Under the pieces are notes generated by a model. The model was not told the origin of the DNA and did not search any database. It was given only the letters and a program-made list of their open reading frames with translations. A stretch of DNA of 64,000 nucleotides from an uncultured Alphaproteobacteria bacterium. GTDB lineage: Bacteria; Pseudomonadota; Alphaproteobacteria; RF32; CAG-239. The DNA lies in NCBI GenBank assembly GCA_934271195.1, contig CAKQRB010000021.1, positions 21-64,020 of the forward strand, read 5' to 3'. Below are positions 18,331 to 27,123 of this stretch, one piece after another; positions within the stretch are counted from its first letter, which is position 1, and every line of letters begins with the position of its first letter. The translations under genes and the position numbers were made by a program.

Positions 18331-19338
18331 ATGAATTTAACAAAAGAAAGTATTATCAGCCTGCTTGCAGACGAAGAACATGAACAAGACCTTTTGCAAA
18401 AAGCAAATGCTGTCCGCCGGCAATATGTCGGAGACGAGGTTCATCTGCGAGGTTTGATAGAATTTTCAAATATTTGCCGTAACAATTGCCTCTACTGCGG
18501 TATCAGAAAAGGCAATAAAAATGCTGTCCGCTATCGTATGACGCCGGAAGAATTGACAGAAACCGCCCGCCGCGCCGCCGGTATGGGTTTTAAGACTATT
18601 GTCATGCAGTCCGGCGAAGACATGTATTACACGTCGGAGCGGATATGCCGGATTATTGAAGAAATCAAAAAATTTGACGTAGCCGTTACGCTGAGTATAG
18701 GAGAACGCAGCTATCAGGAATACAAAGCGTTCCGCGAAGCCGGTGCCGACCGTTATCTGATGCGTATTGAAACCACGGACAAGGACTTATACCATAAGCT
18801 TGATCCGGAAATGAGCTGGCAAAAGCGCTATGAATGCCTATTGATGATAAAAGAACTAGGTTATGAGCTTGGTTCCGGCATTATGGTCGGCCTTCCGGAG
18901 CAAACGCTTGAATCCATCGCCGATGATTTGCTTTTTTTGCAGGATTTGGAAGTTGATATGGCGGGTATCGGACCGTTTATTCCGCATCCGGACACCCCTT
19001 TGGCACAAGAAAAAGGCGGCGCTTTGCATTTGGCGCTGCGCACTATGGCAATCATGCGGCTTTTGCTGCCGGACATTAATATTCCGGCCACAACGGCAAT
19101 GGAAAGCCTGCATCCCGAAGGCAGAATAATGGCACTGCAAAGTGGAGCAAATGTTGTTATGCCAAATGTGACGGAAGGAGAATATCGCAGATTATATGAA
19201 CTTTATCCCGGAAAAGCAGGAGCAAATGATACGCCTGCTCATTGCCGCAGTTGTATCGGTCGGAAAATTATGTCACTCGGCCGCAAAATCGGAACCGGTT
19301 ACGGCAGCCACGGGAGAATTGCCAAAAATGAGGAGTAA
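18331..19338 (+). CDS. hydE: Radical SAM [FeFe]-hydrogenase maturase HydE
   Basis: EFSNICRNNCLYCGIRKGNKNAVRYRMTPEE...VMQSGED closely matches my recollection of the HydE N-terminal signature (BioB-like family). Confidence 0.75.
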   Translation: MNLTKESIISLLADEEHEQDLLQKANAVRRQYVGDEVHLRGLIEFSNICRNNCLYCGIRKGNKNAVRYRMTPEELTETARRAAGMGFKTIVMQSGEDMYYTSERICRIIEEIKKFDVAVTLSIGERSYQEYKAFREAGADRYLMRIETTDKDLYHKLDPEMSWQKRYECLLMIKELGYELGSGIMVGLPEQTLESIADDLLFLQDLEVDMAGIGPFIPHPDTPLAQEKGGALHLALRTMAIMRLLLPDINIPATTAMESLHPEGRIMALQSGANVVMPNVTEGEYRRLYELYPGKAGANDTPAHCRSCIGRKIMSLGRKIGTGYGSHGRIAKNEE

Positions 19339-20098
19339 AGTTTTAATTTACGCTGATTACGGCTGCTCAAACATAAACATTTTAGAAAGCGGTTTGCGGG
19401 AATATTTTGAACCTCGGAAATGTACGGTAGATTTAACAGATGCCGCGGGTATAATCAGCAGGAATGAACTGAATGAAAATGTCCTTGCCTTTTTTATGCC
19501 GGGAGGAGCAGGAACGCCTTTTCGTCGTAAACTTGAAGTTCTGGGTAACGAAAAAATCCGTGACTATGTCCGTAACGGCGGCATATATTGCGGAATTTGT
19601 GCCGGGGCATATTATGCCTGCCGCCGGACGATTTTTGAAGCCGATATTCCTGAATTAAAAATTATTAGTGAATGCGGGTTGAATTTAATTGAAGGACAGG
19701 CCGTGGGAACATTGTATAAAGAGCTCGGCATTCTGCCTTATGCCAAAAATGCAGGAGCCGCAGCGGCTGTCGAAATAGAATGGCAGGATAAGGAAAAGCA
19801 TCTTGCTCATTATCACGGAGGTCCGTATTTTGAATTGGATAATCCGGCGGAGTATGAAATTTTGGCGCGTTATAATTTCGGAGAAAAACCGCCGGCCATA
19901 GTAGAACGCAGATACCATAAGGGAAAAGTAATTATTTCCGGTGTTCATTTTGAAGACAGCGGACAACAGCTGAAAAAAGCTATTCATTGCCTGCGTATAG
20001 ATTCAGGTATTGCTTTGCAAATTGCAGACAAACTGATGGCAAGAGAAAATTCCAGACAGGCGCTGTTTGATAAAATTATGTCACGAAGCGGAAGATAA
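19328..20098 (+). CDS. BPL_N / class-I glutamine-amidotransferase-like domain protein
   Basis: Start moved to ATG 19328, which overlaps the hydE stop. Motifs VLIYADYG, FFMPGGAGTPF and GGIYCGICAGAYYA resemble the biotin-protein-ligase N-terminal domain. Confidence 0.5.
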   Translation: MRSKVLIYADYGCSNINILESGLREYFEPRKCTVDLTDAAGIISRNELNENVLAFFMPGGAGTPFRRKLEVLGNEKIRDYVRNGGIYCGICAGAYYACRRTIFEADIPELKIISECGLNLIEGQAVGTLYKELGILPYAKNAGAAAAVEIEWQDKEKHLAHYHGGPYFELDNPAEYEILARYNFGEKPPAIVERRYHKGKVIISGVHFEDSGQQLKKAIHCLRIDSGIALQIADKLMARENSRQALFDKIMSRSGR

Positions 20099-20251
20099 TA
20101 GATAATTGATAAAAAACAACACCTTGGCAAATAAACGGCAGAGAGCTAAATCCTGATACATAACATTATTTTTATTTATGTTATGAGTGTATTGAATCTG
20201 ACAAAAGTAATGGGGCTTTTGTAGCATACTTATGAACTGTTTTCTGCATAT

Positions 20252-20277
20252 ATAAAAAACCCCGGAATTCCGGGGTT
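20252..20277 (-). terminator. Intrinsic terminator of the DUF2934-like gene
   Basis: Palindrome AACCCCGGAATTCCGGGGTT followed on the minus strand by TTTTTT. Confidence 0.65.
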
Positions 20278-20301
20278 GTAAAATCTCAGTAAAAACAAAG
20301 C

Positions 20302-20559
20302 TTATTTTTTTGCTTTAGCGCTAGATGTTTTAGAGCTGGAAGCTTTTTTTACAGAAGTTTTGCTTGCGCAGGCTTTGCTGCTTGTTTTTGTAGAACAGCT
20401 GGATTTGCTTGTGCTGCAAGATTTGCTGGAGCAGCTTATTTTAGAAAACTGGTTCAAAGCATCATTCCAATTTTGCAATTCTGTGCCGTTTTGGCAACCA
20501 TTGTTCAGCCAATTGTAGTAAGCGGCAATACGGATATCATTTTCAGAGTAGTTTTTCAT
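20302..20559 (-). CDS. DUF2934-like small protein with a Ser/Lys/Cys-rich tail
   Basis: N-terminal IRIAAYYNWLNNG...LQNWNDA fits the DUF2934 pattern. The tail is SCSSKSCSTSKSSCSTKTSSKACASKTS... AAGGA RBS. Confidence 0.6.
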   Translation of the reverse strand: MKNYSENDIRIAAYYNWLNNGCQNGTELQNWNDALNQFSKISCSSKSCSTSKSSCSTKTSSKACASKTSVKKASSSKTSSAKAKK

Positions 20560-20919
20560 CTTTATAGTCCTTAAAAGTAAAATTTTCCAAATACAACCAT
20601 AGAATATATATAAAGTGTTAAAACTTGTTTAATTTATTGATTTTTCTAAAAATTATTTTTTCTCTTCTTGTCAAAAATGTGTTGTTTTGTCAATGATAAT
20701 ATGTATTTTTGGAAATAAAAAATAATTTTTAAGAAAAATCAAGCGGAGAAGAAATAGTTGTTTGTTAAAATTTCTGATAATTTAGGCATAATTTTTTTGT
20801 GATATCTGCTTAAATAATGAAAATTTATGACCTGATGCTAATACCGGCACGGCTTCCGGCTCGCCGGTTTCCGGATTCAATTCCAATGTTATACACCCCG
20901 CATATTTTTTTCTCCTTAA

Positions 20920-22563
20920 TTAAGGTTTCCCATCTATCTTTTGCTCCCGCATTCTGTTCAGAAGCGCGGCGTTGAGATTGTCTTGCCCCTGTGGTTTCTG
21001 CCGTTCGGCTGTCATGGCCGGTTTTTCTTGCGTCGGATTTTCCGTTTGCGCTCTAATTCCTCTCAGCGCAGTCAGTTTGCCGCGTACGTCTGCTAAACGG
21101 GAAATAATATTTTCTTGACTGATATTCGACCTTTCAATGGCGGCAATGGCCGGGTCTAAATATTTTGCATAATAGGCCTTACGTGGATCCGATGCTGCCT
21201 GCGGATCATATTCGGCAAAAACTTCTTTTCCGGCAATGTGTTCGTTTTTCTCACGAAAACCCATAACGCGGCCGCTGTCCCGATCCATAGCCATAACTGT
21301 GGCAAAGGCGTCTTGCCCGCGGCAGTCCACATCCGGTTTATGACCTTTAACCTCAATGTTTTCTCCCTCTCTGTCCCAATAGGTGAGTTTGGTTACGGCC
21401 ACGCGCATGTTGCCACCCCAAGGGGCTGTAAAGGTTCCTTGAGTATATTGTTGCTTACCTGCCGTATTTTCGCCGACATATCGCACATTTGGGTGATGAT
21501 AAAAGGAAGTATAGGCACTTTCTGCCGAAGAACCGACATCGCGATCAATCAAAATATCTGTCCGACCATGAAAACCTTCCTTTTCATTAAACGGATAATA
21601 AACTGCCGTTTCATCAAATAAGGTTTTTGTCTGACCGGAAAAATGGCTGCGTTCAATTAAGTTGGAGGCAGTTAATCCGTCTTTTTCATAGTTTTGCGAT
21701 TTATAAGCGCCGTGCTGATGTAAAAAATGGTTTGAAAGCGCCGTGTCTTTAATTTCACAGCGTTTATAAGTATTAACCAGATTCCCGTACAGACGTTTGG
21801 CAACATGGTCTATCGGCTTGTCTTCGCCGCCGCGGTTGCCGCGTACGTCAAGAATAATACGGCCGTTTTCCCATTTTTCTTTATTTTCCGAATAAGCCTT
21901 GTCAAAGGTTTCAATAAAGCCTTTCCATGTCTCATAATCGTTTTTGCCGCCCAAATTGGGAATAGACACGATTAAAATGTCTTCATCACCGTTTTTCATT
22001 TCTCCAATTTGCCACATTGGAAAACGGACGCCGAATTCTTCACCCCATCCTTCGCCGAGAGAACGATAGCTCTCCGGTTTGTTTTTATTTTGGAAGAAAT
22101 TGTCGCCCACGCTTCTTTTCTCGGCCTTTTCTCCGCCGTGAACGGTCTTTTCGCCAATTCCGATTTCAAAATGCCGGTCTTCAATAAAGGCTGCTGTCCG
22201 TTCGGCCATTTCTTGCAAAAACTCTCCTTGAGGACGATCCGCGCTAATTCCGGCATATAGTTTTTCAATTTCAGATTTGAAACTTTGCTGATTTTCCGGG
22301 CTGAATTTATCAAAGCCGACATGTTCAAACGCCGCTTTGGCATAATAGGCCAAATAAAAACGTTGAAGCTCACCGGAGATATTTTTTTGATTATCTTCTT
22401 GCAGCTGCGATTTTGAACGAGGCCGATATTGCTGCATCATTTCTGCGTCGGAAACAGATTCTATAATCTGCTCAAAAGTTAATTTTTGCGACGGCTCTCT
22501 TTTTTCCATACAGTCCTCCATCTGGTCAACTGAAGACATCGTATTTTCATTTTCGCCAGCCAT
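20920..22563 (-). CDS. S41-family serine peptidase without signal peptide or PDZ domain
   Basis: ILDVRGNRGG, catalytic-Ser motif DVGSSAESA and Lys motif ENTAGKQQ. Start moved to ATG 22563. Confidence 0.6.
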   Translation of the reverse strand: MAGENENTMSSVDQMEDCMEKREPSQKLTFEQIIESVSDAEMMQQYRPRSKSQLQEDNQKNISGELQRFYLAYYAKAAFEHVGFDKFSPENQQSFKSEIEKLYAGISADRPQGEFLQEMAERTAAFIEDRHFEIGIGEKTVHGGEKAEKRSVGDNFFQNKNKPESYRSLGEGWGEEFGVRFPMWQIGEMKNGDEDILIVSIPNLGGKNDYETWKGFIETFDKAYSENKEKWENGRIILDVRGNRGGEDKPIDHVAKRLYGNLVNTYKRCEIKDTALSNHFLHQHGAYKSQNYEKDGLTASNLIERSHFSGQTKTLFDETAVYYPFNEKEGFHGRTDILIDRDVGSSAESAYTSFYHHPNVRYVGENTAGKQQYTQGTFTAPWGGNMRVAVTKLTYWDREGENIEVKGHKPDVDCRGQDAFATVMAMDRDSGRVMGFREKNEHIAGKEVFAEYDPQAASDPRKAYYAKYLDPAIAAIERSNISQENIISRLADVRGKLTALRGIRAQTENPTQEKPAMTAERQKPQGQDNLNAALLNRMREQKIDGKP

Positions 22564-22811
22564 TGGTATATACCCTTTTGTAATAATAAACCAACATATC
22601 CTAAGTATATACTGTTTATACTTAATATTCAATTAAATTTTTTTCGCAATTTTTTGTCAAAATACGTTTAAGGAGTGGGTTGCTGCATTTGTCCACGGCA
22701 ATAATTGTTCTGTTAGCAATACTTAAATCACGCTTATGTGTTATTTTTTATTTTACATTTTATATTATGAATTTTATATTTGGCGTGAAATAATGATTGA
22801 AAGGATAAATA

Positions 22812-23276
22812 ATGGAAAAAGTTTTTCGTTATTCAATAAAAGCCATTATAATCAGGAATGGGAAGTTATTGGTAGAAAGTTGCGATTATGGTCGAGGTCG
22901 ATTTTGCAAACTTCCCAGCGGTGGACACCAATGGGGAGAAAACATGACAGAAGCTCTGATTAGGGAATGTAAAGAAGAATTATGTTTAGAGGTATCACCC
23001 AATCGTCTGGTAATAGTTAGAGATTATATTGCCAAAAATCATCGTCAATATACTGATTCAGATTATTTTCATCAGGCTGAATTGATGTTTGAGTGCTCGG
23101 TTAAAGATTTTTCATCTCTGGCTTGCGGTACAGAACCGGATGGAGAAAACCAGCAAATCAAATGGATTACCATAGACGACCTTGCAGATTCTGATTTTTA
23201 TCCTAAAGCAATTATTCCATATCTTAAAAACATCAAAAATATTAAAGAAACTCTTGTTCTTGGAGATGTCAATTAA
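22812..23276 (+). CDS. Nudix hydrolase
   Basis: Nudix box GGHQWGENMTEALIRECKEELCL. Confidence 0.85.
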   Translation: MEKVFRYSIKAIIIRNGKLLVESCDYGRGRFCKLPSGGHQWGENMTEALIRECKEELCLEVSPNRLVIVRDYIAKNHRQYTDSDYFHQAELMFECSVKDFSSLACGTEPDGENQQIKWITIDDLADSDFYPKAIIPYLKNIKNIKETLVLGDVN

Positions 23277-23340
23277 ACAAGAATCTTTTGATTACCTCTT
23301 CACAATGGCTGTATCAAAACTTATCAAAAAATTTAATGCA

Positions 23341-23367
23341 AAAAAAGCCTTGTAAAAACAAGGCTTT
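23341..23367 (-). terminator. Terminator after tRNA-Lys
   Basis: Minus strand reads AGCCTTG-TTTTTA-CAAGGCT followed by TTTTTT. Confidence 0.6.
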
Positions 23368-23370
23368 AAA

Positions 23371-23446
23371 TGGTGAGCGCGTCGGGATTCGAACCCGAGA
23401 CCCTTTGATTAAAAGTCAAATGCTCTACCAACTGAGCTACGCACCC
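23371..23446 (-). tRNA. tRNA-Lys (anticodon UUU), CCA encoded
   Basis: The reverse complement reads GGGTGCGTAGCTCAGTTGGTAGAGCATTTGACTTTTAATCAAAGGGTCTCGGGTTCGAATCCCGACGCGCTCACCA. Cloverleaf with anticodon loop CTTTTAA. Confidence 0.92.
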
Positions 23447-23605
23447 TCATTAAATACGAAGCTATGTATAAGCGATAAAAAAACGATAGTCAATAAAAAA
23501 AATCAAAAAAATTAAAAAAAATAAATTTGTGCTGTATTTATTAATAATTATATGTTAACATCACACTAACTTAAAACACGGAAGACTAATTTTAAGAGGA
23601 AAGCC

Positions 23606-23923
23606 ATGGCTGATAATAATATTGCAGAACAAGAAGGTAGATACGATATTTTACAAAACGGGGCAGGAGAAATCCTCATTATCATCAAATACCGCAACGG
23701 CGGTCCGGAAAATCCGCGTCTGGTTTATGACGGCGGCGATATTGCTCTGCTGTACCGCAGTCGGGAAAGCGCTTTGTTTTTAGATGCAATTAATGAAAAA
23801 GCCCGCGCACCGTTAAAATCCGTAGATGAAGTCCTGATTGCCGAGATTGACGGAGACGAGGTTGCCCGCGAATATAAAGTGCCGATGCGTATTGTAAAAA
23901 GTCTGGAGGCCTTGGCCAAATAG
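23606..23923 (+). CDS. Hypothetical protein
   Basis: 105-aa ORF with an AGAGGAAAG RBS, followed by a terminator. Confidence 0.55.
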   Translation: MADNNIAEQEGRYDILQNGAGEILIIIKYRNGGPENPRLVYDGGDIALLYRSRESALFLDAINEKARAPLKSVDEVLIAEIDGDEVAREYKVPMRIVKSLEALAK

Positions 23924-23944
23924 CGTTATGCACAACCGTTGCAA

Positions 23945-23974
23945 AATAAGGGCTTTAAAAGCCCTTATTTTTTG
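23945..23974 (+). terminator. Intrinsic terminator
   Basis: AATAAGGGC-TTTAAAA-GCCCTTATT followed by TTTT. Confidence 0.7.
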
Positions 23975-24012
23975 TTATATTGTTCGCAGTTAAATTATGT
24001 AAGACAAATAAA

Positions 24013-25677
24013 ATGCTTGTACATCTGTTTTTATTGTTGTTCGTTCTGGGCGGAACTGCTTTTTTTCTGCCTAAAAACAAGTTTTCCCGTTTCTTTTCTG
24101 CATTGCTCTTTCTCTCGGCAGGAATCGGTGTTTGGAATCTTTTTCAGGCCTGTCATTCAGCGCATACAGAACCGTTTGTTTTCCATTGGATTCAATACAA
24201 AACCCTGCATATAGACATCAGTTTATCTTCCAATTTGCGCAATTTTATTCAAATTATGCCTTTTGGCGTTGTGTTGTTGTTTTCGCTTTTTAGCAATATT
24301 TTTTCTCGGCAGGAAACAAGACGTCTGCGTCTGGGCGGCCTTATGTGCATCAATCTGGCATTTTTGTTGCTTCTGATATGTGCCAACAATCTGATTGTCT
24401 TAATGATTAGTGCTTTTCTGATCGGCATCACAACGCTTTATATTATAAATGATTACGATTCGAAAAAAACTTATATCTTTTATAATCTGGTTTCTGACAT
24501 GGCCTTGTTTACGGCTTGTGCCATAATTTACAGCCGCTTTCATCAGGTCGAGTTGTCTGTATTGTTACGTTACGCCCATGAAGGCGAACACGTTTCGCTG
24601 GTTGCGTTACTGATTTTGCTGAGTTTGATGATAAAAAACGGTTTGTTTTTGTTTCAGAACCAATTGCTGAGTTTTCGGGATATCAATTTTAATCGGATGA
24701 TATTTTTGAGCTTTTGCAGTTTGCCGGTTGTCGGAATGTTGATTTATGAAAAAGCCCTGCCGTTGCTGTCTTCTTTTGAATATACCGGCATCATAATCGG
24801 AACGGCTGCAACCCTTTCCGTGCTCTATGCGCTGGGCGGAACTTTGATTTATGACGATATCAAAGAAAAAACACTGTGCTTTAATATGCTGTTTTGGGCG
24901 TTGCTATATGGCTTATCTTTGTCAATGCCGCAATTCTCTTTTGTCTCCTGCTATCCTCTGTTGTTGCTGATGCTGGCTCTGAATGGGCTGATTCATGCTT
25001 TGTCAGCCTCCGCTTCTGATGAGATTTATGCTTCTAAAATGGGCGGCTTTGCCAAAATGCTGTGGCCGCAGCTTGTTTTTTTCATCATTTGGTACGCCGT
25101 TTTTTCTCAAAATGTTTTTGCTTTAGCCCAACCGGTACCGATTCTGAACTTCGAGTTGGAAATTTTTGCTTTTACCATAGCTTTGGCTTTGGCACATTTG
25201 TTGCGTCAGGTGTTCTTCGGACCAACTCGGGCAGATGGCATTGTCTATGCGCGTTTACGGACTTTGCCTTATGCCGATTGCTGGCTTCCGGCAGTTTTGA
25301 TTTGTGGCTTCTATGCCTTGCCGCTGTCAAAAATTTCGGTCGCGGGGATAACGGCGCCGGCCGTATTTGTCCTGCTGCTGGTCATACATCCTCTGCGCGG
25401 CTTGTCACGTTATTACGCCGATGAAGAATTGCAGTTGTCAGAATTCTTCAAACGCTTTTATGAGCTGCTGATTTTAACGCCGATAACTGTTTTGGGACGA
25501 ATTTTGTGGTTGACCATAGATTTTGTAATTATAGAACGCACAATTATCAATTCTCTCTCGGATATGATAAAGATTTTAATCCGAATCTCTCAAAAAATCC
25601 ACCAGCCGCAAATGCTTAATTATATCCTGCTTACGCTTTGCGGACTGGGTATCATCTTTTTGTATGCGGGGAGATAA
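24013..25677 (+). CDS. Highly divergent NuoL-like antiporter-type subunit
   Basis: Polytopic protein with a NuoL-type C-terminal lateral-helix region (WLTIDFVIIERTIINSLSD...). The canonical WE (TM5) and KSAQ.P..WL.DAM..PTPVSAL motifs are degenerate. ATG 24013 is preferred over TTG 23980. Confidence 0.55.
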   Translation: MLVHLFLLLFVLGGTAFFLPKNKFSRFFSALLFLSAGIGVWNLFQACHSAHTEPFVFHWIQYKTLHIDISLSSNLRNFIQIMPFGVVLLFSLFSNIFSRQETRRLRLGGLMCINLAFLLLLICANNLIVLMISAFLIGITTLYIINDYDSKKTYIFYNLVSDMALFTACAIIYSRFHQVELSVLLRYAHEGEHVSLVALLILLSLMIKNGLFLFQNQLLSFRDINFNRMIFLSFCSLPVVGMLIYEKALPLLSSFEYTGIIIGTAATLSVLYALGGTLIYDDIKEKTLCFNMLFWALLYGLSLSMPQFSFVSCYPLLLLMLALNGLIHALSASASDEIYASKMGGFAKMLWPQLVFFIIWYAVFSQNVFALAQPVPILNFELEIFAFTIALALAHLLRQVFFGPTRADGIVYARLRTLPYADCWLPAVLICGFYALPLSKISVAGITAPAVFVLLLVIHPLRGLSRYYADEELQLSEFFKRFYELLILTPITVLGRILWLTIDFVIIERTIINSLSDMIKILIRISQKIHQPQMLNYILLTLCGLGIIFLYAGR

Positions 25678-25680
25678 GCC

Positions 25681-27114
25681 ATGAGCAGCAATCTTTATCT
25701 GTTGTCAATTATCATCGCTCTGCCGTTTCTGGGCATGTTGTTTGTCTTGTCTGCCAAAGATGATGACAAAACCGGCGGGCGCAATGTATATAATGTCAGC
25801 TTGTTTGCCGTCATTGCCAATATCGTGCTGATTTTGCGAATGTTTTTCCGTCTTGATGTCAAGTCTGCTGCGCTGCAGCTCACGGAACGCTTTACCTGGC
25901 TTGAAAATCCGCGCATTGATATTATTCTGGGAGTTGATGTTTTTTCCGCCTTGCTGTTGCTTGCTGTTCATATTGCCTTTATCATCGGTTTTATGGCTGT
26001 GCGGAATAATCAGCTGCGGCAGAAGTCAATGATGGTTTTTTCGTTGCTGTTTCTGAGTCAAATTACCGGTTTTTTGCTGTCGGCTGATATTTTTTCTTTT
26101 TATATCTTTTTTGAAGCCCTGCTTTTTCCGGTCTTTATGCTGATTGGCATTTTTGGCGATATCCGTCGGCAGGGGACGATGTATCGCTTTTTCCTGTACA
26201 ATTTTCTGGGAGCCGTCGTGCTGTTTTTAGCCACCATTATTCTGTATAATTACCAAAACGGTGCGGTTGAAATCACCAAAGTTGCGGATTTGTCGTTTAA
26301 CGGCCGGATAGAACACTTTATGTGGGCGTCGATCTTAATCTCGTTTCTGTCGCGCATACCGGTCTGGCCTTTCCATTTCTGGATTTCTTCGGTTAGCTCC
26401 AGCATCAAAAACCCGCTTGTATTTATTATCGTCAACCTGATACCGCTGACCGGAATTTACGGCCTGATACGCTTCTTGCCGCAAACGTTTCCTCCCTCCG
26501 CTGCATTTTATATAACGGCGCTGGAAATCATCGGCGTCGTGACCATGCTCTTCATTGCGCTGATAGGTTTTATCAATAAAGATACGCAGTATAAGTTCTT
26601 TTCTTACATAACTGTCTATTACATTATGTATATGCTGGGACTGCTGAGCAAAAACAGCCTGATTATGCTGAATGTCGGGTTTTCTTTCTTCAGCTACCTG
26701 ATTATCGTGGCCGGCTTGGAGTTTGTGTTTGGATATATCCGCACTCAGCAGGAAAAACTGGAACTCGGAACGGAAGGTTTGCTCTGTCCTGTACCAAGAC
26801 TGTCATTCGTCTATTCCTTTCTGGTGCTGGCGGCCATCGGCCTTCCTGTCTCATCTTTGTTCCTGAACAATTTTTTAATCATTTCCAGCCTGCTGGAAAA
26901 TAACTTCAATCTGGGAATAACGGTCATTGGTGCTCTGGTTCTGTCGTCCGGCGCACTGCTGGGAGATTTGTACCGCCTGAAAGACAGTTCGGCTTTCAGT
27001 CCGGACAAAGGCTGTATACTGGATATTTCCAGACCGTATTTTGTGTTTTTGGTGTTTATCATATTTGTTTTAATCGCCTCTTTTGTCAGACCCTTATGGT
27101 TTTTGGGTGTGTAG
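25681..27114 (+). CDS. Divergent NuoM-like antiporter-type subunit
   Basis: FYIFFEALLFPVFMLIGIFG aligns with NuoM FFFWELMLVPMYFLIGIWG (TM5 Glu kept). FLSRIPVWPFHFWISSVSSS aligns with FAVKMPVVPLHGWLPDAHSQ, with the Lys and the LPDAH motif lost. Confidence 0.65.
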   Translation: MSSNLYLLSIIIALPFLGMLFVLSAKDDDKTGGRNVYNVSLFAVIANIVLILRMFFRLDVKSAALQLTERFTWLENPRIDIILGVDVFSALLLLAVHIAFIIGFMAVRNNQLRQKSMMVFSLLFLSQITGFLLSADIFSFYIFFEALLFPVFMLIGIFGDIRRQGTMYRFFLYNFLGAVVLFLATIILYNYQNGAVEITKVADLSFNGRIEHFMWASILISFLSRIPVWPFHFWISSVSSSIKNPLVFIIVNLIPLTGIYGLIRFLPQTFPPSAAFYITALEIIGVVTMLFIALIGFINKDTQYKFFSYITVYYIMYMLGLLSKNSLIMLNVGFSFFSYLIIVAGLEFVFGYIRTQQEKLELGTEGLLCPVPRLSFVYSFLVLAAIGLPVSSLFLNNFLIISSLLENNFNLGITVIGALVLSSGALLGDLYRLKDSSAFSPDKGCILDISRPYFVFLVFIIFVLIASFVRPLWFLGV

Positions 27115-27123
27115 GAGAAAAAA

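Noticed and set aside
20100-23446. A genomic island integrated at tRNA-Lys (S41 protease, DUF2934-like, Nudix).
   Set aside because: I found no direct repeat of the tRNA 3' end and no integrase gene in the window. Only AT-rich spacers support the idea, so it is not reported as a mobile element.
23939-24214. ORF 23939..24214 and the TTG start at 23980 for the NuoL-like gene.
   Set aside because: Both begin inside or right after the terminator at 23945-23974. ATG 24013 gives a normal hydrophobic N-terminus.
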